From Chrysemys picta bellii (Eukaryota): a stretch of DNA of 64,000 nt. The notes under the pieces were generated by a model that saw only the letters and a list, made by a program, of their open reading frames with translations, did not search any database and was not told where the DNA came from. Shown piece after piece: positions 39,212 to 51,390 of this stretch. The position numbers and the translations under genes were made by a program. Position 1 is the first letter of the stretch. The number at the start of each line of letters is the position of its first letter. The stretch spans positions 13,454,001-13,518,000 of the forward strand of contig NC_088809.1 in the NCBI RefSeq assembly GCF_011386835.1, written 5' to 3'.

Positions 39212-40350
39212 TTTAATAAATTTGTTAGTCTCTAAGGTGCCACAAGTACTTCTGTTCCTTTTGCGGATACAGACTAACACGGCTGCTACTCTGAAACCTT
39301 CCTTGTATAGGTTATCAAATTTTGTTTAAAATAGTTTAAACAAATACTTAAAAAAAGAAGAAGACATAACTGAATCGGCACTATTGTGTGCAGTCAATAG
39401 ACAGTCTTTAAATAAATCTTTTTCTTTCAAAGAGAAATAATATAGTGAAAAACAACAGCCTGCCTTCCATTCTGGAAATAATCAGTCTTCTAGTAAGTAA
39501 TCCATCATTTCAAACTCCTCATTCTTTCAAATAATTATTTAGAGTTCACAGTTTATTAATTTGACAGCGCATCTCATCTACATAGTATGTTAAAAAGCTT
39601 ACATTTAATCAGAAAATCAGCACCACGGCTTGCTGAACAATGACACCTTCTCTCGCTTCTTTGATTTAACTGATTTCAACACGCTTATGAAGGTCCTTTA
39701 TTTATATGCAGGTAGTGCAAGTTAATGCAAAACACATTAACTAATCTTAAATGCCACATTGGCGAGTAACGGAGCTGGGCAAGCTGTTCGTAGGGAATAA
39801 TTTATCCAATGTATTTAGCCCCATTTTTCTGCTTATGAATTATCAGCAAACAGATACATATAATTGTTTTATGAGCACTTTATGTTAACATCTTGTAACC
39901 CAGGGGTATTTGCATAAGCTGTATTGCAGTTGTACCTAGAAATGTCAGTAATGGAATTATGCTAAGCACTGTACTCATCAGAACAATAAGATGACCCTTG
40001 CTCCATACAGTTTACAAGCTAAGTAATAATAGGAGTTAACAGTAGGGTAATTATTGAACTATTCATTTCAACTATGTATTCAACTGTTCATTATTTGTGG
40101 TCTGTGATTGGTTGCTTCAATTCCATGGTATAGTTTCAGCTCCTTGATCTGATGACTAAAACTGCATAAAATGAGGATGAACACCGTTGGTGCAAATGAT
40201 ATTTGCGAACAAATACCCTGGATCACCAGCAAATAGTAGTATTTGCATGAAAAGTAGCCATTCCCCAATGTCACTCATCTGAATGAGAGCCCAGGAGCAC
40301 AAATGTTACTGCGAAAACTACTGTGATTTAAACAGTTATTTGTAATTCGA

Positions 40351-40458
40351 GGAAGAGATTTTCAAAAACTGCCTAAGGGATTTTGATGCACAATTCCCTT
40401 TAATTTTAAGGGGAATTGGGAAACCAAATTCCTTAGGCAGCTTTGAAAAACCCAGCAT
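40351..40458. mobile_element. Short palindromic MITE
   Basis: Inverted arms TTTTCAAAAACTGCCTAAGG / CCTTAGGCAGCTTTGAAAA around an AT-rich centre. Confidence 0.65.
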
Positions 40459-43139
40459 GAATATCTGAATGTTGAACATTATTTTGCACTGTTCACCAAA
40501 TTCTAGCTGGATTTATATGCACACGGTAGTCATTTTATAAAAAGATTCAGTTGTATGATGGTAGATTATTAACAGTAAAAGGAAATGTAACATTGCACCC
40601 GTAGGTGGGTCATCACCAGCAGTGATTGACTCTGGGATCTCTGGTTCTAAATGTTCAGTTAGCTGAGGCTGTAAGTAGGCTCATCAACCTCTAGATGAAG
40701 ACCTCCCACCACTAGAGGGGGACAGAGTGTCACACTGAGTGAGTGCAAGTTACATAAAATAGGAAGCAAATGTGCGCTGAGACATTGTGGTATGGTGGAA
40801 CTGTACTGGAGACAATCTCCTGGTCACCTTTTGTATTAGGTTCACATGCATAAAGGGTTAATAAATTATGAATACATGTTATAAGCATGTTACAGACACA
40901 AGCAGTATGTGTCGCAGAAAGCAGACTGGTGCTAGCCCATTGGGGGGCCCCAAGCAGGAATATTTTTTGCCCCCCACCCCCACTAATAATTAATAGGTGG
41001 CCTATTGCTCAGGGGCCTAAGCAAGTGTTTAGTCTGCTTATGCCTAGTGCTGGCTCTTTCTATTAGAAAGTTATACGCACATCTGTAGAAGGTGTTAGAG
41101 ATGGTTGTAACCAACTGGCTGAAGTCTATAACAATCAATCACCCATTGATTAAAAGATCTACTAAGCATTTCTTATTCCTTCATGCATCATTTATAAATG
41201 GAAACTTACTATAAAATATGCTACTGTGATAATATAAAAATGAGTTTCTCACCTAGAGTTCCATTAGAGCCGCAGTAGACATATAGGGAGAGAATGGATT
41301 TAATAGATTCTTGTGCTTTTTGGGAAAATTAATATTTAATTCAGCTGAGCTTACTTTTTATTTTTCACAACAATAATTTTTTAAACATTGCATACAAATC
41401 ATCTTCGTGAATGTATTTCCTCAGCGTCCCACTGTATAAATCAGAGTGCTGGGTAAACATACAGCCACATGATGCTGCATCTAGCACCCTTGCTTCCCAT
41501 AGATCATGTTAGAAAACACTGCTGGCTGCCTCATTAGCAGGAAGAGAGGCGCCAAATACATTGTTGGAATATGAATATTCCTGAAGTATGGCATGCTTTC
41601 AGAGTAAAGTGTTTTGTTACTTTTCTATTAGACCTTCCAATCATATACATTTACAATCTATCAACATTGCAGAGACCACTAATCGATAGACTGTCCCAGA
41701 CCACAGGCCCATGATTGGATAGGATAAGCGATCATTGTATGGGCTTCGTACATTTTCTGGAAGACGTGGCAAGAGATGTCCAGTTGTGAAAAGTTTAACA
41801 GAGCTTCTACTGGCATTTGGCTCAGCCTGGTGGGAAGATAAGGTGAGACCTGATGGAAGTCTTTATGGTAATGTGTGGGAGGCATACACAGAGGCACAAG
41901 ATGGAACTCAGAGCCCAGGGAGAAGGGAAACCACCTTAGCTGTAAGAGTCTGTCTTCTGCAGTGCTCGCACCAGAGAAATCTTCTTCTGGTTGGATCTAG
42001 AGCTTTTATCCCTCTTTGGCCTTTTAACTCAGCTGACCTCACCCAGAAAGCCCAGATATCCAACTGAGAAGGTTCCACTAACTGATGAAGTCTGCTTCTA
42101 GGGCCTAGTCATCAGTTGGCTAACACAACAACTCAACTTCCATTTGTCAGTAGTGAATCCTACTTTGGCTGAAGTACCTTTCAGGTATGGCTGAAAGACC
42201 AGTGAGGTGGGGTTAACCACAAGAACAAATTGAGACACCGCTGGATACACTGAATTGCTTTTAGGAAAAATTCCTAAATCAGCCTAATTCTCCTCAGTAT
42301 CTTCCGCACTTGAAATCCTTAATGCAAACAAACATATTGGAGGTCAAAGCTACACCACACGCACTTGAATAGCTAAAACTGCAGTGAAACAAGAAAAGAT
42401 CTCAAGGTCACACCTGTGGAAGGTGAGAGCGGGGTGGGAGGGAAGGCCCGTCTAAGTGTTTAGAATCGTGGGTTTTATCAAATCCTGGCTATGCACATGA
42501 ACTGGAGGACATAATTTAACTTCTGCGTACCTCAGTTTCCACAACTGTAAAATGGGAATAATGGCCCAATCTCATCACCACCAAAGCCAATGGAAAGATT
42601 CCGATTCACTTCAGTGGAAGTTGGATTAGGCTCATTCTCTCTTTTACTATCACTACCTCACAGCTTTGTAAAGAACTAGAACATTATCTGATGCAAAGTC
42701 GTACCTATAGAGGTGTAACCTATTATTATCATTGTCATCATTAATCTCAAGATCAACAGGAGTATCCAATTCCACTAGGACTGATGATTTAATTTAACCA
42801 CCATCCATGAAAATTAATTGAAAGAACTAGCAAATATGAAAACAGAGGCCTAAAGACTGCTCAAATGCTAAGGGAAAATACAGCTTTAGACACTTTATTA
42901 AATCATTACCACCCAAGAGGGTTATTATTGTCATCACAGGTAGCCAGGCTCATGCATGGGACTGGGACCTTGAGAATGGAATGCTCTAATGCCAACACCT
43001 TAATTTTATTTATATCTGTGCTTTAGCAATTAGAGCACAGTCCTGTTTTGCCAATGAAACAGTTCACTATGGCTCACTGACCAGATGATAAAAGAATGAC
43101 AACATGATTATACATCCACATATCATCCAGTGCTCTCTT

Positions 43140-43395
43140 AGGCCTTGCCCACATGGTGTGCTAGTGTGCACCGGCCAGGGCGTAAAGTCTAGTGCGCACC
43201 AGCCTGTCACACACTAACTGATCCGTGTGGACTTTGTTGATGCACACTAAAAGTTCCTTAGCGTGCGCTGACATAGTCCCATTTGAAACAATACTACATT
43301 AATGTGCACGGGGGGAACTTTTAGTGTGTGTCAGCAGGGTCACTTTAGTGTGTGACACACTTGTGCACTCTAGAATTTACCCACCAGCTGGTGTG
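43140..43395. mobile_element. Harbinger-like palindromic MITE
   Basis: Left terminus GGCCTTGCCCACA; internal inverted ACACTAAAAGTTCC / GGAACTTTTAGTGT; right end decayed. Confidence 0.6.
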
Positions 43396-44508
43396 CCTAT
43401 CTGCAGGGGAGGGCTGAAAAGAGAGTAATAGAGCAAAATGAAAAAGCAGGCCTTCTGATTCACACACATAGGTCCCAAACTCATGCAAAGCCCCTCTAAA
43501 AGTTAAACAGGGATCTGCCTGTGTGGTTCCCAGAGCAGAATTGGGTCCTTAGTTTCCATTGCCTACAAATTCTTTATCACTCTTGAAGAAATGGGCCTGA
43601 GCTGTAAAGTTTGGTTCTGGATCTGAACTTTCCCTAAGTTCAGTGGCACCCAGATCTGGCGTTTTGTTTGTTTACTTCCTTTAGCTATTTGATGTGGGAG
43701 CTCTCTAATAATTAAGGATTTAAGAACAATCCTAGGGAGCCAAATATTTAAATCTTTACTGTCTGTCTTTCCTTGGGAAAATTCCACTGAAGGCAAGAGT
43801 AACAATAATTTTGCGGAATAAAGGCTGCCTTAGGCTTCAGGATTTGGCACAATAAAAATTCAAAGGATTGTTCACAATGAGATCCACAAAACAAACTAAG
43901 CTGGGGAAAAATTGTTTCCACAGTTTTCTGTGTACAACATATCTAACTGGAACCTTGGGAAAAGCATTCTTCCTCCTGCTTTTTATATGTGCAAAACTCA
44001 AAAGCACACAGCTGGAAAGATTTTACTGAATCTATCAACAACAACAAAATTTCCTCTTGGCTGAGATCAGGAAATGGGGCAATTTTACTCCAAAAAGAAG
44101 TGGTGAGCAGCTGAAAAAACAGAATTGTAACAAAAGTTACATTTTAACATTAATGACAGTGGTCACTTACTGTGCCTGCAAAAACATAAAACTATGTATG
44201 CGTTCATAGTAAAATAAGTTAGCTGATTCTTTAATGTAAAACTATTTCATTACTATAACTCTTTATTTGTTGCAATTGTAATAAATTGACAATATAGAGC
44301 ATCTTCAGGGCAAAATATCAAAGATATTTTTGCCTCGGAAACGTAGCTGTTCAGGGCGAAGAGGAGGATCCTTACACCAATGCATCCCTATTTTCTTTAA
44401 AACCTTTTGGTCTTTCAAAGGGAGAAGGTGAAGGTGGGTGAGATAATATCTTTTATTGGACCAACTTCTGTTGGTGAGAGAGTCAAGCTTTCCAGCTTAC
44501 AAAGAGCT

Positions 44509-44601
44509 AGCTTATGGAGATATTCTATCTCCTAGAACTGGAAGGGACCTTGAAAGGTCATCTAGTCCAGCCCCCTGCCTTCACTAGCAGGACCAAGTAC
44601 T
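44509..44601 (-). mobile_element. CR1 3' end fragment inserted into PLE hammerhead
   Basis: CTAGAACTGGAAGGGACCTTGAAAGGTCATCTAGTCCAGCCCCCTGCCTTCACTAGCAGGACCAAGTACT is the reverse of a CR1 3' terminus and interrupts AGAGCT|CTTCTTCAGG. Confidence 0.8.
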
Positions 44602-44805
44602 CTTCTTCAGGTCTGAGAAATGTACTCAAAGTCACAGCTAAATACAAGGCAGAACAGAGGAGTTTACACATATTTCAAGGGACCATTCAAGGTGAAGTGG
44701 CCTGTTAACACCTCTCCAGTCATAGTGGGGAAAGGAGAGAGGGGGGGGAAAAAGCTGGGGGGAGTGAGGTTTAGTGGGGTATATATTGTAAGCCTTAAAT
44801 TTAGT

Positions 44806-44842
44806 AAAAAGAACAGGAGTACTTGTGGCACCTTAGAGACTA
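44806..44842 (-). mobile_element. 37-bp PLE pLTR micro-insertion
   Basis: AAAAAGAACAGGAGTACTTGTGGCACCTTAGAGACTA matches the left arm at 38895; 12-bp TSD CTTAAATTTAGT (44794-44805, 44843-44854). Confidence 0.88.
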
Positions 44843-45323
44843 CTTAAATTTAGTGTGTCTGTTCAAGCCATGATTTTTAGAGTCTAGCAAAGTTATGAAT
44901 TTTATGTTATGGGAGTTATGAAGCTCCCAGGCTCGCCTTTTGACGGTGTCATGCAGGTTTCCTGGGAGGATGATGATCAGGAGGTCAGATATAGAGTGAT
45001 TGCTTTGTGAAAAGTGTCAACCCACAGGTGATATGGTATTTTTGTCTTTTATTGTTTTTCTGTGTCAGTATATTTGAGAGCGTAGTGATTGTCTGGTTTC
45101 ATCCACCTAGTTGCTATTCTGGCATTTAGTACACTGGAGGTTACACCCTATGTTGTGTAGAACCGATGGATCTTGAAAGGTGTGTTGTGGGGGGTATTGA
45201 TCATTCTAGCAATGGAGATAGGTCTGCAGGTTTTGCATCTCTTGTTCTGGAAGGACCTGGTGCTGCTTTGAGTTGGTGTGCCCTGGTCCGTGGGAGCTTG
45301 GTTCTGATGATGAACTTGAGATG

Positions 45324-45897
45324 TGTAACAGCTTTACCATTCCAGAGTGCCCCCTTGTGACCTTTCCCAGTGATCTCCTGGAGTCAGGCCCTGGGACTCC
45401 AGCCAGATTCCTTTAAAGTCCCACCTCTTTCAGGGCAATAATGTCCTTCAAGTTCCAAATAACGTTTTCCACCAGCATTAAAGCAAATATAGCAATCCTC
45501 CAAAGGTCTTCTACCTCTTCTGGGACTTCCCCTCTCCAACCAAACTAGAGTCCAAACCACAAATACCACTGCACCTCTTTGACCCCCCCTTGAGTTTGAG
45601 GTTTCAGCCTCACCATCCTGTCCTCAGGTTGCAGGGCCGCGAGATGTGATCCCTCGCAAGGCCCACTACAAGGAATAATCCTGCCTTCTGCAGCTATCCC
45701 TATTTTGCCCCATTCCTTTATCCAACGTCTCCTCCCAGGAGAGGGCTTCAACTTATCCTGTCCCCTGAGCTTCCTCCGGAGTGACATGCACATATTCAAG
45801 TTCCTCCCTCAACCTGACCACACCCACCCCAGCTGTACCAGCTTCCAGGCTCTTTAACTCTTTCTCTGCCTGTGTGAGGTTTACACACCCCATCATA
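45324..45897. mobile_element. Solo-LTR-like element
   Basis: Termini TGTAACAG ... CCCCATCATA and body resemble 3441-4074 and 20693-21375; abuts the truncated PLE. Confidence 0.55.
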
Positions 45898-46118
45898 GAC
45901 AGGAACAGGGAACCATTTAAGGAACTAAGGTCCTGATCATGGGATGAGAAGTGTATGAGCAGATCCCTGTATCTGTGTGGAGCCCTACAGATTTCAGTGC
46001 AGAGGCATGCAGGTGCCAGGGTCCACCTGACTAAATTTCATTGCAGGACTGGGTCCTACGCAAGCACTAAGGTACAAAGAATATATAAGATATCAGGTAA
46101 ATGATACAAACAGGATAT

Positions 46119-46719
46119 TGTACCTGAGGCCTGGCCTGACATGAGTAAAATTAACACACGGAGGGACGCCTAATTTCTTGGAAAATAGAATTAGGGATAT
46201 AAATGAATCATTGGGTTGAAAACAGAATATTTGTGCTAAATAAAATAAGTAAATAGGGTCAGTAAGCTAAGAAGACAGAATGTCTGAGCCAACTAAGAGA
46301 AGAGGAAGAAAACCCAGGGAAATATTTACTATGAATTAGATAACAAGAGACAAAAATAAGTTAGGAATATAGAGATGAGGTAACGAGGAAGTCGAAACAT
46401 GGACCGTGCCTGGACAGAGCATGCAGTACAGGGACTGGTTCCTGCTAAGTAACCAAGCCAATCCTAAAACATATGATACAATGTATAGTCAATGCAATGA
46501 GATGTGAAAATGTATATAAAGAGATAGAGTTTCTGTGTAACTTTGGAGCCGTGATGTACCCTTCATCTGCCTTCACTCCTGGGTTTGAGTCTGATGAATT
46601 CAGCATAGCACTGCTATATGCCAAATAAAGATACCTGGGTGATGAAGTCTGGAGCCAAACTGAGTTCTTAGGAAGCTGAATAGAAAGAAGTCTTGGAGGG
46701 AATCCCAACCGATATAACA
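46119..46719 (+). mobile_element. ERV-type solo LTR
   Basis: TGT..ACA termini, purine-rich U3-like segment, then CCAAT (about 46458), TATATAAA (about 46512) and AATAAA (about 46623) in LTR order. TSD not clear. Confidence 0.6.
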
Positions 46720-46765
46720 CAGGGATAGTCACAGTCAAATACTACACTGGTATTAGGCACGCTAA

Positions 46766-47006
46766 ATACTTGTCTACACAGTGGAGTAATGTGCTTATGT
46801 GGCTGTGATTTCTAAATTAAACTAATGTGCCACACATTAATTGGTCCAGTAGACCCTGCTGATGTGCACTAATGGTTCTCTAGTGCACTTTAACACAGTA
46901 CTATATGAAACACAGAACATTGGTGCGCTTTAGAAATCACACCTCTGTAGAGCGCATTACCCACTTCCCTCCTCTACCCTCCCCCCGCCGCCATGTAGAT
47001 AACCCC
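46766..47006. mobile_element. Harbinger-like MITE
   Basis: Termini ATACTTGTCTACAC / ATGTAGATAACCCC with TAA on both flanks. Confidence 0.65.
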
Positions 47007-49539
47007 TAAGTGTCATGTTGTTCCATTGATAGTTTAGTTCAGGGTCAAGGTAGCATGTCTGTTGTTTTAGAAGTTGTGAGTAACAAGTCTGCGGAGACCT
47101 CTTTTCCTTGAGCTGGACTTGAGATTAGAGTTAGAGATGGGCTATGGTTTTCTCCACATCTCATATTGACTTGATTTTTTTCTAATAACATTTCAATCAC
47201 ACCACTCTTCTTTGTGAGCCGCAGTAGAGTGATGACACACTCCCTAGAAGCTGCTGTTGAGACTGGTGTTATTGCAGGTGTATTTATTTCCCAGAATATG
47301 TTGGATTTTTACTCAAACTGCACATTGACGGTATTTTTTAATCTATTGGGTATGTGATGAACTAAAATTTTGGCTCTCATGACATCCCAGAAAAAGTTTG
47401 CTTTTTGACCCCTTTGCCTGCAACCTCTCCATCACACGTCTCTGTGTGTGTATGTACATGTCTTCAGATTAGCACACATTTTTAATGGCATAGTTAATAC
47501 CCGCTAAAGAGGTTTAAAATAAGAAGGACGATACACCATCTCTGGCTGCAGAACAAGAGTCCCAAAAGCGGTACTCTTATAAATTGTATTTTCCCCTTTG
47601 TGCGCTCTCTCTCTCACACACACACAGAGGAATCTCTGGTGAGGAAAGGTGAGATGATGAGCAGCAGCAGGAGAAAAGTCCAACAAAAAGTCTGCGATGT
47701 TTGCCGACACCCTTTTATTATTGGTTCAGATAGACAGGTGGTGTAGCAGCCGAGCAGAGGACACATGTCGTGTGCAGCCAAGCACGCTAATCTGATTAGC
47801 AGGTTACTGAAGGGCAGAGCTGTAGGAAGGATGTGGGTGAAGGGTTAACAAAAAATCACAATTCCAACTGCAGATGTGAGGACTATTTCTGCCTCGATGA
47901 TGAAATGAGTTTAGCTTTGACAGATTTGGGTCTGGACTGCTTAACCTCCCCTGCAAAGAAATTTTGAGATGATTTGCTTTGTCAGAAGAAATCCTTACTG
48001 GTGTGCACCTTCCCATACATATTAAGACTTAGCTGGTGGCAGAGCACAAAGGCTCCTTGAAAATCACTTGCTGTAAAATTTTGTGCATTTTCTGTGCTTT
48101 ATGGGTTTCCTAGATTACACAGTTATTCTGTAAATAGAGCAAACTTCTGAAATCTGGGACAATGTAAAGGCTGGCACTTGGATTCTACGGGGATAGATGC
48201 AATAAGAAAACCTAAATTAAAGCAGCCTAATTCAGTGGGGACATAAATGGAGGGGTCACTGAGTTGGACACAGGTGCCCTGCAAGTTGCACAGATTTGGC
48301 ACTCTGTAAAATGAGTGCACCTTAAAACGGGGCAGAAAGGGATTGCTGCAAAGAAGGCAACTAAGAGGAGAGCGTAAGATAAAGCAAGTCTTTCCTGTGC
48401 TTTGGGCCCAAACTTGGTGCCACTGTGATTCCTGTTGCCTCTAACAGCACAAGGATCTGACACTTTACTTGATACTTCCCTGTCACCTTTATTTTGTACC
48501 CAGAAGCTTAGAACCCATGGAAAACCAGTAGGCAAAAATGAGCCATTTTTATTTATTTATAGTCCTTTTTTTCTTTGAAGAATAAGGGGCCTCTCTGTCC
48601 TCCTCCCCCACAAAAGAAAGTGGGTGAAAAGTTAATCCAGGGCATAACCATACAGAAAAGCCGAGAGGGAGAAAGAACCCTATCTGATGCATCTGTTCCT
48701 GCATCAGGCCCTCTAATGTCAACATCTGTGTTTGCAGTAACAAACGCTTAAAGGGTAACTTCAGTACAGACATCTGAAAACTTTTTGTAACGAAGCAGCA
48801 CACTCTCTTCCAGGTTCCTTTTCAGACACTCGCCGTTAACAAAATAGGCTTTTCATGCTTCTGTGGTATAAGTTATCAGCTATTCATTTCGGTCTGTTCT
48901 ATTTACATGATGCACACTTGCCAAGAGCGAAATGCTTTCAATGAGAACAATGCATTACATGTTACCGGTTTGGAAGGGACCCCTCTGTATTTCTTTACAG
49001 TGATGTTTTCCAATAATGAAGATCGGGAATCCTGAATCTTTCCAGGATGTATGGATCTCGCCAGTAAGATATTCTATTCAGGATTTGGGGGGGTTTCTTT
49101 TTTAAGAGAGAGTAAGCACTGCTTCAGTACCCACTGCTCTCATAGAACTGTTCGTTAAAACTATTCCTAGCTGGGAATGAAGTATGGAAATGCAGGAATG
49201 ACTCATTTACACAGCTAGGGGCCTGATTCAAACCCCAGAAAAACTAACAGGAGCCTTCTCGTTTATTTCAGTGAGCTTTGGATCAGGCTCAAAATACAAG
49301 TTCCATAAAGGTTTCGGTGTTTCTGGAGATCTGCCGCTATGCGCCAGATCTTCAGCTGCTATAAATGGGCATAGCTCCTTCCACTTCAATGGAGCTACAC
49401 GGATTGACATCAGCTGAGGATCAGACCCTATAAATAAAAATAAATATCAGTATCTACATAGATGTGATGTATGTATGTGTATGTATAAACATTTCAATTA
49501 ACATATAAAGCATTCATAGTAAGGATAATTAATCAATGG

Positions 49540-49690
49540 AACATCTTACCTACAGTTGTGGTGCATTCCCCATCACTGGCAATTTTTAAAGCAAGACTGG
49601 ATGTTTTTCTAAATGATATGTTCTAGTGAAAACAGGAATTATTACGGGGAAGTCCTATGAAGGAGGCCAGATCAGATGATCACTGTGGAC
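49540..49690 (+). mobile_element. CR1 3' fragment
   Basis: TTCCCCATCACTGGCAATTTTTAAAGCAAGACTGGATGTTTTTCTA closely parallels 63310-63365. Confidence 0.8.
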
Positions 49691-51142
49691 ACTTTTAGCT
49701 TTACCCTATCAATATGTACTCTATGTCTGTATATACGGCACCGTCGCTTTAAATTTTGCTATAAAGTAGGCAATTTTTATGGGCTTATTGTTTATGCTGT
49801 TTTGTTAATGATCATTTTTCTACTTCAACCTGTATGGTGGAAAGCAGATCAGTTGTAGAGGAAAAAGAGGGAGCTAGTTTTATGAAAACAAAGGAGCAAA
49901 TGTGGTTTACAGCTTATTACTATTCCTGTTTCTCCTGCAGATGTTTCAACATCTAAAGGACTTCACTTTTTAAATATATATTTTCCTTGACACTCAATAG
50001 TTATGAGTGGTTTTAGAGAAACACCAGTTGTGGTAATATAACTGAAAATAATGACATGTTGTAGATACTACATTATGCAGTCAGCTTTATAGGGCTTGGC
50101 TAATAACCATGTCACAGAACTCTGCTCAGTAAAACTGTGAGAAAGTTTTGCAATGACAACAAAACTGATCTTTCTGGCTTTATACTGAATTTGTACAAAA
50201 GGCTAAAAAGCATCTGAAATGTTACGAGTCTTCAGAATTTTCCATTAGAAAAAAAGCTGTTTTCACTTTTAAAATGTCACAAAAAAGCTTCTATGCAAAG
50301 CTCATAAATGTATGTACTACCATGCAAACAACAGGAAACACAATTCTGATTAAATCAAACTAGCTCATATTTGCACTTCCCATGTTTTTGTGTGCCTGTG
50401 AAATTCATAGCATTTCATAACCTGAGCTTGGCTGTGAAGTTCTGGGCAGGAAAATGCAGGAGCAACTTGGTACAAGATTATCATCCTCATCTACATCATG
50501 TCACCCTGAACTGGAAATGTGTTTATTATTTTGTAAGTGAGGGGCTGATTTAATGAAAATATAGAACCATGGGCTCCTGTGACCTTGCATAGACCCTATG
50601 GTTCAGAAATTAGATATGTATTATATTTCATTGGGCCCTAAAGGTCAATAAGTTTTATTTGCTCATACATGAGTGTGTGCGACTGTCTGAAAGAGGTGGG
50701 GGCTTAAGGAGAGATGAACAATACACACCAAAAACCGAACTTTAAATGGCAATTCCTAATCCGGCAATTTTTTTGTGAGAGGCTTACAACTATTCATATT
50801 TCCCTTCAGGGCATAAATGTTGCTTGTAGTTCTGAAAAAGGGGTGGTGGTGGGGAGAAGGGGACTCCATTTAAGTTTCACTCTCATAGAATGGGGAGGTT
50901 TAGGAAAATGTTTAACAATAGTGGTTGAGATTTTGGAGGACCCTGTGGATTTAGACACAGAATGCCTGCTGCTACCTCCTCTTATGCAACGCCAGCCTTC
51001 AAACTCTCTGTGATATGGCTTACCCACCAGCACTTGCAAGGCAAGGGAAAGAACTCAATTACTCATGCTCTGTACAAGTATGGGGAGGGTGAGTAACTCA
51101 TTGTCTCCTGGCTAGAGGTAGACTGAGAGAGGTAATGGGGAG

Positions 51143-51390
51143 CAGGGCCGGCTCTAGATTTTTGCCGCCCCAAGCAGCAAAAAAAAAAAAAAAAAAAAGC
51201 TGCGATCGCAGTCGGCGGCAGCTCTACCGCCACTTCATTTTACAGCAGTAGTTCGGCGGCAGGTCTTCGCTCCCAGAGGGAATGACGGCCCCGCCGCCGA
51301 ATTGCCGCCAAAGGGCCGGACATGCCGCCCCCCTCTTCATTGGCCGCCCCAGGCACCTGTTTCCTAGGCTGGTGCCTGGAGCCGGCCCTG
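51143..51390. mobile_element. GC-rich hAT MITE
   Basis: TIR CAGGGCCGGCTCTAG / CTGGAGCCGGCCCTG; perfect 8-bp TSD ATGGGGAG; related to 8283-8537. Confidence 0.92.

Larger units (their letters stand above)
38895..39294. mobile_element. PLE-derived inverted pLTR insertion
   Basis: Inverted arms 38895-39040 and 39113-39259, then a 35-nt unpaired tail. Perfect 15-bp TSD AACCTTCCTTGTATA (38880-38894, 39295-39309). Confidence 0.9.
44422..45323 (-). mobile_element. Penelope-like element 3' fragment (GIY-YIG C-terminus plus pLTR)
   Basis: Manual minus-strand translation gives RCKTCRPIS..INTPHNTPFKIH, VDETRQSLRS, IKDKNTISPVG*HFSQS, GNLHDTVKRRAWEL..KFITLLDSKNHGLN (PLE GIY-YIG signature, with stops). 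pLTR with a split hammerhead lies at the left end. Confidence 0.88.

Noticed and set aside
40709-40722. CTCF-like CCACTAGAGGGGGA
   Set aside because: Lacks the highly conserved C after the G-tract.
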